The notes beneath the pieces were generated by a model. It had not been told where the DNA came from, made no database searches, and worked only from the letters and a program-made list of their open reading frames with translations. Shown in pieces: positions 13,701 to 26,600 of a stretch of 42,686 nt of DNA. The stretch covers positions 23,411,793 through 23,454,478 of the forward strand of contig NC_068991.1 in the NCBI RefSeq assembly GCF_001194135.2. The letters are read 5' to 3'. Source of the stretch: Octopus bimaculoides (lineage: Eukaryota). Positions within the stretch are counted from its first letter, which is position 1. Each line of letters opens with the position of its first letter. A program made the translations under genes and the position numbers.

Positions 13701-16700
13701 GAACTCCTCAAAGTCCATATCAATCCTGATGCCAATTACACATAGCGATGACCCCACCTTCTAAATATCTAAGCAGGGTCCTTAACTCTTGCCACCAACT
13801 TGCTTGAGACTACTTCAGGTTCTATAGTACAAAATTCATATTTTAAAATGATGTAAGTTAAAAAGTTCCATTAAAATTTTGTTGGTAATTTCTTCCAAGT
13901 ACCAGCTTAACACTGACAAAATTATTTTACTAAATTCTTCATTATTTTTTAGAAATAAATGAAATCAAGTCAAAAATATGACGACAAAAAAATGAAAGAA
14001 TAGGAACAACAGTTGTCTTTCTCAGGCACAGCAACATAATACAGAAATTAAAAAATAGGAAAAGAAATCATTGGTTTTGTTGAGGAACTTACTTAATTTC
14101 ATGGACAAGATGTCCAGTTATTCTAGCTCCAGAAGCAGCCAGTGGATGTCCAAGAGCAATAGCACCACCATTTGTGTTTGTCTTGGCAGGGTCAAGTCCA
14201 AGTTCTTTTTCCACAGCTAAATATTGAGCTCCAAAAGCTTCGTTAACCTAAAATCAAATTTAATATCATTATACCAAACATTGCTGTAGTTGTTACTATT
14301 ATTGTTGATATTCCCAGTTATGTTGTATTTAGGGTAAATTCTGTAGCATTGATATTACATTATAGGTGAANNNNNNNNNNNNNNNNNNNNNNNNNNNNNN
14401 NNNNNNNNNNNNNNNNNNNNNNNNNNNNNNNNNNNNNNNNNNNNNNNNNNNNNNNNNNNNNNNNNNNNNNNNNNNNNNNNNNNNNNNNNNNNNNNNNNNN
14501 NNNNNNNNNNNNNNNNNNNNNNNNNNNNNNNNNNNNNNNNNNNNNNNNNNNNNNNNNNNNNNNNNNNNNNNNNNNNNNNNNNNNNNNNNNNNNNNNNNNN
14601 NNNNNNNNNNNNNNNNNNNNNNNNNNNNNNNNNNNNNNNNNNNNNNNNNNNNNNNNNNNNNNNNNNNNNNNNNNNNNNNNNNNNNNNNNNNNNNNNNNNN
14701 NNNNNNNNNNNNNNNNNNNNNNNNNNNNNNNNNNNNNNNNNNNNNNNNNNNNNNNNNNNNNNNNNNNNNNNNNNNNNNNNNNNNNNNNNNNNNNNNNNNN
14801 NNNNNNNNNNNNNNNNNNNNNNNAGAGTGTAGTGGGTGCTTTTACGTGTCACCCGCACGAAAACGGCCACGCTCGAAATGGTGTCTTTTATGTGCCACCC
14901 GCACAAGCCAGTCCAGGGGCACTGGCAACGATCTCACTCGAAAATCTTACGGGAGCCAGTCAGGCGGTACTGGCAACGGCCACGCTCAAAATGGTGCATC
15001 TCATGTGCCACCCGCACAAGAGCCAGTCCAGGGGCACTGGCAACGATCTTACTTGGCATATATATATATGAAACTTTCTTCATAAATACACAATTTAATC
15101 TGCATAGAAATGGCTGCTTTTTAAGTTATGATAAACAGTTCAGTTTTACTTCATGGTAAAATAGTGTAAGAATTTTATAACTAATAACATCTATGAAGGG
15201 ACCAGAAAGGGAAGTTAGGTTCAAAAGTGGTACATAAACAACAAAAAATGGTGAGAACCACTGACCAAAAATATACTTACTTCTATAAGGTCCATATCTT
15301 GCATATTTTTCCCAGCAACTTTCAGTGCAGCTTGTGCAGCAGGAGCTGGACCTATACCCATTATTGATGGATCACAACCTGGAAGAGATTTCTGAATGTC
15401 AACTACAAATGAACCTAGAAGTTCTGAGTTCAATCCTAGTCAAGACACTAAGGTGAATCACAAGACACCTAAAGAAGGCTGGAGCATAGACACCAGTCTG
15501 ACTTAAGTAAACAGTCTACATAATATAATTCCTCATCTCAGAAATATAGAATTGTATTATCTAATCAATACAGAGCCAACATAAGACATCAATGGGAGTT
15601 TATAAGCCTTAAAAATTCACTCTGTCACTACCTATCTTATAGTGTTGTGGGTAAAGGCGTTGGTTAAAGTGCAGTCACTTAGAGGTCCTGAGTTCAATCT
15701 CAGGCAAGGCACTAAGGTGAAGAAGGTTGGAGCATACAACAGCTGAAGCATAGTGAAAGCAACAATCAAGATGAGGAAACAGTGTACACAAAATATATTC
15801 ATCTCGGAAATATAGAATTGTATTACAATTGAAAAGTATGTAACTTTACATTATAGCTGTATCAATAAAGTAGAACCTAAAGCTATGGGCAAAAGTGAGT
15901 TCCTGATCCAGATATGATTGGGTTTGTAGCTATTTCACATACACACAGGAAAGATATGAAATGCCACAACAATCATTCTTTCATCAGTAAATGGTAAATG
16001 GACCAGGATTGCTTTCACCAATGAATATTCAATCATTTGATCAACCATACTATTTAAAAGTATGACAGAGTGTGACAAAGAAGACCTATTGAATTAATGG
16101 TGTAGTCCAACTGACAAGCTTCCCATAGTTTCCATCAGCCCAATTTTACTTCTAAGACACATACAGGACATCATCACTAAAGGGAGAAAGAGATTCAAAA
16201 TGGAGATGGACTTGTTTATGAATGTTTCTATTGACTAAAAATTGTTTAAAGGTGATAATGATACACAAATATATAGCATTGTCACAGAGATTTCTTTGTC
16301 TTGGAAATGGGACACAGTTCTGTGAAACCTATCTTGGAGAGTAATTACTCACATATAGAGAGGTAATTTTGAAAACTTACCAGCAATACCATAGGAGACT
16401 ACTCGAGCCAATGGGGTAAGGTTGTGCTTCTTTACAGCTTTCTCACTGGCCAAAATCAAACAACTGGCACCATCACAAATTCCCTTTAGTTTTTTTTTGT
16501 TTGAAAGAAAAAAGTATTATATAAAAAATCCAAAAATCATATGACTTTGAAAAAAAAGAACAAAATAACTGCATTCATATACTTTTAAGGGCAACACAAA
16601 AGACATTGTTTTAAACCCATTGATGAGTTTGAGGACATTGTTAGGTTTATAGGCACAAGCATGACTGAAAAATATGTCCACTTCCCAGCTTAGTGGTTTC

Positions 16701-16935
16701 GGGTTCAGTCACACAACATGGCACCTAGGGCATGTGTCATCTTCTATAGCTTTTTGTATGGGACAATCAATCTTGGGATAGGATTTGGTAGGTGGAAACT
16801 GAAAGACCACCATCATTTAATGTCTATTTTTCCTCCCAGCATGCATTGTACAGTTTGACAGAGGACTACATTGGTCTCCAATGCTCATTTTGGCGTGATT
16901 TCTGTGGCTGGATGCCCTTCTTAACACCCACCATA

Positions 16936-16992
<57 letters not shown>

Positions 16993-17930
16993 CAGTGAGT
17001 GTGTGCGTGTGTGTGTGTGTGAACAAATCCTCTCACTTTTACCAAAGTTGTCATGTACAAGTTATGATGCTGTCATTTTTCCTGTCAACAAATCATCCAT
17101 TTGCTTTGTGCTTTTGAAGACATGTGAAATAAGAGATCCTTTGAAATCCAAGAAAGGGTTAACAAGAACAAGGGCATCCAGCTATGAAACAATGCCTCAG
17201 CATCATATTCATCTAACCCATGCAAACATAGGAAAACAAATGCATAAAACTAGCTCTCAATTTTTTTTTAAACAAAAGTTTATTTTACTCCATATCTTTG
17301 AAGGCACAAAACCAATAGATGATTTTTTGACAGGAAGAACGATAACATCACTGCTTATAGCTCAACAATTTTCAGAGAAACACAAATGTGCACACACACA
17401 CACACACACACACACAGACAAAATGGTCTTCTTTCAATTTCCTCTACCATATCCACTCAAAAGGTGTTGGTAGGCCTGGGACTAGAATAGAAAACACTTG
17501 CCCAAGATGAGGTGCAGTGGGACTGAATCTGACATCATGTAGTTGGGAAATAAACTTCTAAACTACAGGGACATGTAATTCTAAAGCTAAAATCGAGTAG
17601 ACCACAGTTCAATAAAGAAAGAGACCAACAGTTGTGAAGAGGATGAAGGAGAAATAACAATAAAGTAACAGTAATGACTGAGTCTTTGCTTAAGAACAGT
17701 TGAGAGTATTATGCATGTTTTACCATGTGGGTTAGACAAATATGATGTTGAGGCACTGTTTTACAATTGGATGCCCTTGTTCTTATTAACCCTAACTTGG
17801 TTTTCAAGGGATCTCTTATTTCACATGTCTTCAAAGGTACAAAGTAAATGGATGATTTGTTGACAGGAAAAATTACATCACGACTTTGATAAAAGTGAGT
17901 GCAGATGTAAACAAAGACAGGCACGCATGT

Positions 17931-17984
<54 letters not shown>

Positions 17985-20900
17985 TTACATTTGGTGGATA
18001 TTAAGAAAGCATCCAGCCCTTCTCTCTGCAGAACCAGAAATTACTAACCCGACTACAAAGTTTCTGTGAGATTAACAATGGAAAAGTGTTTCCAAATCAT
18101 GGATGGTGCTGCTATTTCACATACAGTGAGCCTAAACCAAATATCAAATTTGAAGAAAGGCCACATGACTGACTGGTGCAAAGTGCCTAATCAACATATT
18201 CCAACATCAGATTCACAGACATACTGTCTCCTCTCTCTACCTATTTTGCTACTTCTCTTTCACAATTAAGCTTCTCAACATCTGCTACAAAGCCACCTTC
18301 CTCAATATTGTGCTTCTTCTCTTTCAATGGGTTTTGTCTTGTGAGTTACTTGATGACTTCACTAATGCTGGTACCATGATAAAGGAACCCAGTACACTTT
18401 ATAAAGTGGTTAGCATTAGGAAGGGAATCCAGCAATAGAAACCATGCTAAAGCTGATATCAGAAACCAATGCAGCCCTTACACCAGCTGAATCTTGTTGA
18501 ATCATCCAACTCATGCCAACTTTGAATACAGATATTAAATGATGATGATGACTACAGTGACCCCTACTCTTCATAACTGGCTAATCTTGTCCTACTTCCA
18601 TTTCAGCACTCCTGACTAACATTTTTCTCCTCTTCCCACCACCTATATTTTCTCCCCACCACCACCACCATGTTCTTCACTAACCATGACACCCAGTTCT
18701 TCTTCCCCAGAATGTGAATCCTCTTAAATTTCCTTCTTACACATGGCTGTCCTGCAGCTATCAACGTGAAATTGTGTAAAAAATATGTTAACAGCTTGGA
18801 TTTCACTGATTTTGGAGGGTGTGTGAAGGCATTGGGCTGCAGAATCTTTTCCTGCAGACCCTAATAAATATTTTAAAATAAAGCAATTTAAACAAGAAAA
18901 ACCTAAGCTGAAACCAGAGTTACAAAATGTCATACTAATACTTTGGCAAAAATGTCCCTAAAATTTATAAGTAAAGAGTAATTAATAATTACTGAAGCAT
19001 TTCCTGCAGTAACAACACCATTTTTCTTAAAAACAGGTGCTAATTTGGCCAAAGATTCTTTGGTAGTAGGTCTTGGATGTTCATCAACTTCAAAAGTTTC
19101 GGCACCTGTAATAAAAGAATTAAAACAAAACATCAGCTCTGAAATATCTTACTGCATCAAAGATGATGATAAAATAGTTGTTACCCTATTGTCTAAAAAT
19201 ATTTATTGCTTAATGTTTATAACGCAGTACAAGATAAACTTGGCATGAAAATATTTGAGAGATGGTCATGGTTAGGTTGGCTTTGATCCTATAAATCTGC
19301 TCAATCGGCATCAACTAGAGGCTAAACAACACAACAATGACTACACTATCACTGCTGGATAGTGATGCTCATGTAGATGTGCAGAGTTATATGCTCATCC
19401 ACATGGAGTAGAGAGAGCTGACATAATGAGTGCATAAGGTAATATTAAGGTTGTAGTAACGCCGTGCGCATGCGTAGTCTCACGCATGCATGGAATTAAA
19501 CAAGCAAGCGTTCCCGCTTAAATCTTTCTCTTTTTTACGGTCGGCCGACCATGAGCACGGATGTGTCAAGAGTGTCTCTAATACTCCAACCCGGAGACAG
19601 CCTCTTTACGGGTTAAGCTGTCTCTCTACATCTTTCGGACTTACACTCGACAGCTCGCTTACAACTACAGAACAACGTCTCAACAACTATGCTCATACAC
19701 AACAGAAGCTGTAACAACAAGAATTAAAGGTGTATATATTTACCACCTGAATAAAGTGTTGTTTAAGTTGATAGTCTGGAGTTCAGCGTTCCGTTATATT
19801 CTAAGTTTATAGTAGGAAAGTCAGGTATACGTCTAAAGATGTATAACCCACTTTCAACTAAAAGGTTTAAGCATGCCACTTACTGCATTCTATGGTGAAT
19901 AAATATTCCAACATCTAACCACCACAGCCACTGAGCTTCATTTCAGTTATTTTAAGATTTGTTCATAAACTAGTTGCTTTTTTTATTTGGCTCAGTCAAT
20001 TAGGGAGCAAATATTTAAGAAAAAGTGGAAGTGGATTGGTAGCACAATTAGAAAAGACACCAAATGTAGCGAAAATGCTTTACAGTGGAATCCAGATGGA
20101 TATAGAAAGAGGGGTAGGCCTAAGAACTCGTAGCGTAGATCAACACAAAGGGAACTAGAGAAAGGGGGACATTCATGGCAGAGTATAAGTACAGAAGCGA
20201 AAAATTATGCAACATGTAATTCAATTATAAGTGGCCTATACTCCGCGTTGGAAGGTTAAAGGCAAGAAAGAAGAAGAAAGACAAAGGAAGAAGGGTGGTA
20301 TTTGCACCTCTTCATAGAGTTTCTAAGAACTGACAAAAGGAAGAGATGAACCCTCAAATAACAAACGGGACCCAAATGCTTGCAACAGAGTAGTTCCACT
20401 AAATGCACACAAGGTCCAAGTGGTCATGTTAAAGTCAGCAATAGATTAACACCCAAGGAACAATTACAATTCATCCAACAGACTTCCATTTACCAAATTT
20501 CACTCACAAGGTTTGCATTGACCAGAACCTACAATATACCGTATAGGGCACTTACCTATAATGTTGCACCATGAGACAACTCAGAATTACACGACTACAA
20601 AGGGAACTACTTAACCACAAAATATATAAATATCAGTGTTGTCTTTTGTACAACACATTTTGTTTTTATTAAAAACATTGACACCTCATCACGACCAGCT
20701 TTATCTCACTTTTCAGATACTATCAACCACCCTTATATAATGCAAGGTAGCCATGTATCTCCTCTACAGCAAAACACTTATGCATATTCTTCTATAATTC
20801 TTTAGCTTCTTAACACCTGGCACAAAAAAAAAAATTTGCCCTCTCCCATCCACCGGAGTCCCACTCACTTGGGGTTTATTTTCTTGCAAGTTACTTGGCA

Positions 20901-21199
20901 ACCTCACTAGTGTTGATGACACTAAAAAGCACCCAGTTCACTCTGTAATGTGGCCAAAGTAGATACTGGAGCTAAACTGAGTCCTCTAACCTATCAGACC
21001 CTGTTGAACAGTACAGGGAAAACAAATGTTAAATGCATTTCTTTTTGTCACATATCACATGCACCTTCNNNNNNNNNNNNNNNNNNNNNNNNNNNNNNNN
21101 NNNNNNNNNNNNNNNNNNNNNNNNNNNNNNNNNNNNNNNNNNNNNNNNNNNNNNNNNNNNNNNNNNNNNNNNNNNNNNNNNNNNNNNNNNNNNNNNNNN

Positions 21200-21246
<47 letters not shown>

Positions 21247-23585
21247 GGCACTCCGTCGGTTATGATGATGAGGGTTCCAGCTGATCTGATCAACAGAACA
21301 GCCTGCTCATGAAATTAATTAATTTGCAAGTGGCTGAGCACTCCACAGACATGCAGACCCTTAATGTAGATCTCAGGGAGATTCAGTGTGACAGAATGTG
21401 ACAAGGTTGGCCCTTTGAAATACAGGTACCACTCATTTTTGCCAGCTGAGTGGACTGAAGCAATGTGAAATAAAGTTTCTTGATCAAGGAGAACATGCTG
21501 CCGGTAATCAAATTACCAACATTACAATTGAGAGCTAAATACCCATAACCATTAAGCCACATGCCTTCACTACATATCATCATCATCATCATCATCATCA
21601 TTTAACGTCCATTTTCTATGCTGACATGAGCTGCATAGGTTGACAGAAGTTGGCCAGCCAGGGAGCTGTCTAGACTTTAATTGTCTGTTTTGGCTTAGTG
21701 AATAGGGCTGGATGCTCTTCCTAACACCAACCATTTTACAGACTGTGCCAGATGCTTTTTACATGCAACTGGCACATAAAATATTTATATATTTATGCAC
21801 ACATGACACACCATCTTGTAAACTGCCCTCAAATTGATAAAATGGAAATTGATCTCTATTTAGTTATTATAAAATTTCTTAAGTAATTTGTTGTTACACC
21901 AGCACCACCACCACTACTACTACCAACGCCACCATCACTACACACTGACAGATTTCCCTTCACAATGATCTACTTCAAAACATATCACTTGTCTGCCTAG
22001 AATGATAAGCAAAATTTGTAAAACAAGATTAGTTTATGTGTCATGAATAACAAAAGGTGAAATATTAGAACACTTCACATGACACATTAACTTATCTAGT
22101 TTTATTAAATGATTACTACTACAGGCATGAGTTGTCATTTCTTTCCCTGAACTTTACTGCTTTACCATGGACTGCTCTAAAGTTCCAGTTAATAATAATT
22201 AATGTAATGAATTCAAGGTTCATTAAAAAGATAATTATGAGGAAAGAAAAAGAGTAAACAAGATTTCAATCAATGGTGAATATTTTCATTTCTCTGGTCA
22301 AGCAAAGGAAGACAATACAGGACATGTTTCAACCATCTTATTGCCTCATCAGTGAAACATACACTTCACCATATTTCTGAAGTACCAATGAAAACAAAAC
22401 ATTAAATAAATGTACAATACTGTCTGTTACAACAGTACAATATTATACATTTATTATTGTTGTCATAAAATATAACTGTTTAGTGACTAAAAAATTTCAA
22501 AAAGCCATCAGGATGAAAAACAGTAGCTTGTGCCAACATATTTAATGTAGGGAGCATCAAAAAGTTAAATAGAAATAATTACAAGGTGAGGAGAATACAC
22601 AATTAACAATTAAGAGTTTAATCTGTTAGAAAAATTAAGCAAAAGAAAAAAACGTGAAAGCAAATTGTAAAAATTAATCACCTTTTTTGCCTTTTACAGT
22701 TAAAGGAGCAATTTCTGCCTTGAAATGTCCACCATCTTGTGCTGGAAAACAAAACAATTTGTTGAAGAAAAATTTATTTTGTTGTTTCAGACACACAATC
22801 ATCATTATTATTATTATCATCATCATCATCATTATGATTACCACTTTTACATACTTGCATGAGGTAGACAGAGTTCATTGAGGTACATTTCCAGATGCTC
22901 TTCCTGTTACCAACCCTGTTTCCAAGCAAAGTGATATTTCCCTATGACCAAACATGTTTTTTCAAAAAATTGAAAATGAATGACACTGCTTGTACAACAG
23001 TGAAACTCTTCTACAGTTTTCATGTGATGTCAATGAGACACAAACATATACACATTCACCCACACATACATCTATATATATGATGGTCTTCTTTCAGGTT
23101 CCATCCACCAGATTCCAGATTCACATACAAGGTTCTGGTCAACCCAAGGCTATAGTAAGAGAAACTTGCCCAAGCAGTGAGATGGAACTCAAAACCATGT
23201 AGGTGGGAAAGAAATTGTCAACCACCTAGCCACACATGTACCTATATTATGGCTATTTTTTCATTTTTGTTATCTACTGACATCATTAAAATTTAAATAA
23301 TAAACTGGTTTTTCATAGAATATTATATTTCTTCTTCATTCTTTTTTGTGTGAGAGATACTTGTATTAGAGATATTTTCTTCATTCACTTAGAATTTAGC
23401 GAATTCTGGATTGCCTTCATAATGCTGTGTTAGCATATATTTTTTAATATATCAATTTGACTGGTATTTTATGTAATTTTCTGTATCTAAATATGCTGGC
23501 ACAACAGAAATGATCGTCAGTAATGTATAATGTAATGACCAATAAAAGATGTGATTTTCTCCATTCTTATTCTTGATTTACATCC

Positions 23586-23632
<47 letters not shown>

Positions 23633-26600
23633 TACATATATATATATGAATATATATATATGCAGATATACATATATATACAGAACGTTAGAACCTTTTA
23701 AATGTCAGTGAGTAACTTCAGTTTCATAGTTATAAAGCAAATGGGAGTTAATTATTCTTTATTCCCCTGCAAAGGATGTCAGTCTATCACATGTGACATT
23801 AGTAAATGATCTGCTGTTTAATACTATTGACAGCTCTGGTGGACTGTGACAATGAATAATAAAATATTGTGCCTAAAAACAATGAAATTTATTGAGCTGT
23901 TCACTAGATAGAGCACAATCTGTGCAAGTTCATGAGATAAACTCCAGTCTGACCATGTCCACTACAGAGGCTCATCTGCACATAGCCACTAAACAGACCA
24001 CTGTTCACATATGTTCACTAGACAGACTATCATCTGCACATGTTCAGTAGAGAGACCATCATCTACACATGTTCAGTAGACAGACCTCTGTTCCCACATG
24101 TTCACCAGACAGGCCACTGTCCCCACATGTTCACCAGACAGATCACCATCTGCACATATTCACTAGAAAGACCATAGTCTGCACATGTACCAAATGCGGT
24201 CAATCAAGGGAACATGTTCATTAGCTGGGCCACCATCTGTACACGTCCACAAGCTAGACCATTGTCAGTAAATGTTGACTAGATACACCACAATCACTAC
24301 ATTTTGACTAGATAAACCACTATGTGCACCTGTTAACTACATACAGCACCTCAACCCCAGCCAGTTGACTAATCAGCCTCTAAGTGTCAATTCAATAAAA
24401 CTTAATCTGTTGACATTATCATATAACATCGATGTTAGTGAAACAAAACACAGAATAAAAGATGTCAGTTAATTAAACTGACACAATAACACATTAACAA
24501 AGTAATTACCAGCTCTCCATCTAGTCTGTGACCTTAGAGCAATTTCATCAACCTCCTCACGGCTGATACCATATTTCACAGCTAAGTTCTCTGCAGTAAT
24601 TGCCATTGGTAGCTTGACATGAAGGTCAGTCAAACCAGCCATCAAAGTGTCTTCCATCTATTAAATAAAAAACATACATACATTATATATATATATATAT
24701 ATATATATCTCATCATCATCATTTAACATCTGTTTTCCATGCTGACATGGGTTAGACAATTTAACCAGAGCTGGTAAACCAGAGAACTGCACCAGGCTCT
24801 AGTCATGTTTTGGCTTGGTTTCTACAGCAGGATACCCTTCCTAATGCCAATGCCAACCATTTTACAAAGTGTATTGGATGTCTTTCATGTGTCACTGGCA
24901 CAGGTGCCTTTTTATATATATATAACGCACACATATATTATCTAATAAATTAGGGGTAAATCGGGGGGGGGGGGGCTTTCAATCTTCTTATTTTAATATG
25001 AGTGAAGTAGTATTGCTGAACTACAAACTACTTAGTCATTAGTTCAAATCATACAACTATAGTAATTGTTAAGCCCTTAACCAAGGTACACACACACACA
25101 CACACACACAACATAATTTTCCAGTTTCTGTCAAACGAATCCTCTCACAAAGCTTGGTGTTATAGTAGAAACCCTATCCCCAAACTGCCATTTAGAAGGA
25201 CTGAACCTGAAACCATACATTTGAAAAGCACACTTCTTAGCCACACAGCCAAGCAAGCCTGTACCGAACCATGCATAAATATAAATTTTGTGTCTTAGTC
25301 AGGAGGGGAAGGACAGTGCTCATAATTGATTTCAGTGCTTCTAAGAATCTAGTGGGTCAAAGGTATGAAACCATCTTGTTTTAATGTCCACTTTTCATAC
25401 TTGCATAACTCAAACAGAATTCATTGATGCAAACTCTTTTATGGTTGGATGCCCTTCCTGTTGCCAACCTTCTTCACCTGTTTCCAAGCAAGATAATACT
25501 CCTTCATGAGTTGACGTTTTTCACAGGAGATTGGAAACTAACGACATCACTTGTATGAGGGTGATGCTTGTTAGCAACCATCATATGATGTCAAGACAAG
25601 GACACACACACACACACACACACAATAGGCTTCATTCAGTTTTCTTCAACCAAATCCACACTTGCACACAGTGGAAATGAACCAGAAACCATGTGGTTTG
25701 GAAGCAAGCATCTTAGCCACACAGCCAAGCCTGTGTCTAAAATTTCAATAAATTGTTAAAGTAACAGTAACTTGCTAATCAGACAAGTTATGTAAATGTG
25801 TTATATGTGTAAAATTGGGCTATTATCCAATTTACTTAAGCCCTTAATAATGATGGCTTTATAAGCAGTGTCTCGAACAGTTGAAGAAGGTACTCAGTCA
25901 CTAATGGAATTTCAACATAGGGTTGAAACCAGCCTGGTTGATCCCTTTTTTTTCGTTCATGAAGATATTGTGTATACAATGTGTTTAGATCAGTCTATTG
26001 CATAGTCATCATCGTCATTATTTAACACCAGGCTTCCATGCATAGGCCTCTGGCATAGGTTGAACAGTCTGGCAAAGTCTGATGAGTTAGGGGACAGCAT
26101 CATGTGCTGATGTCTACTTTAGCATGGTTTCTTCAGCAGGATGTCCTTACTAACACCAACCACTTCACAGATTGTAGAAGATGCTTTTATTGTGGTACTA
26201 GTATTAGTGATGATAACCTCGTAACTTGAATGGCTAAGGCCCTAAAGTGGTCTCTATAACTGAGGAAAAGCAAAAGAGAGCATGGACAATGATTCTAGGT
26301 GGGATGAAAGGATGCTAAGTAAGAGGGGAAGCTGGGGGAATATGGCATGGAACAGGAAAGGGTTTGATAGCAGGGCTGAAGACCTGTCCATAGTCTTTGG
26401 TATAGTTTAGCATTTCAGGATTTGGAAAAAGAGTGTCTTAAAGCAGAAGAGATGAATCAAATTTACCTTTAGGTCAATACCTAATGTTGTTCCAAACCTG
26501 ATATTCCGTACAGAGTAAGGTGTCAGACTCATGTTGTCTGCACCACCACATAGGACAATGTCACTGTCTCCCAACATAATTTCCTACAAAGAAAAGAACA

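Noticed and set aside
14371-14823. Possible ACAA2 exon hidden in assembly gaps
   Set aside because: The spliced protein is complete and in frame without any gap sequence.
8269-24340. Minisatellite palindromes ACTAGT/ACATGT match the hammerhead stem III palindromes
   Set aside because: Six-base matches are expected by chance, and the arrays contain no core boxes.
26530-26555. GGADNMS instead of the common GGxE(S/N)MS thiolase motif
   Set aside because: Conservative E-to-D change that may be common in invertebrate ACAA2. I cannot show it is unusual without an alignment.
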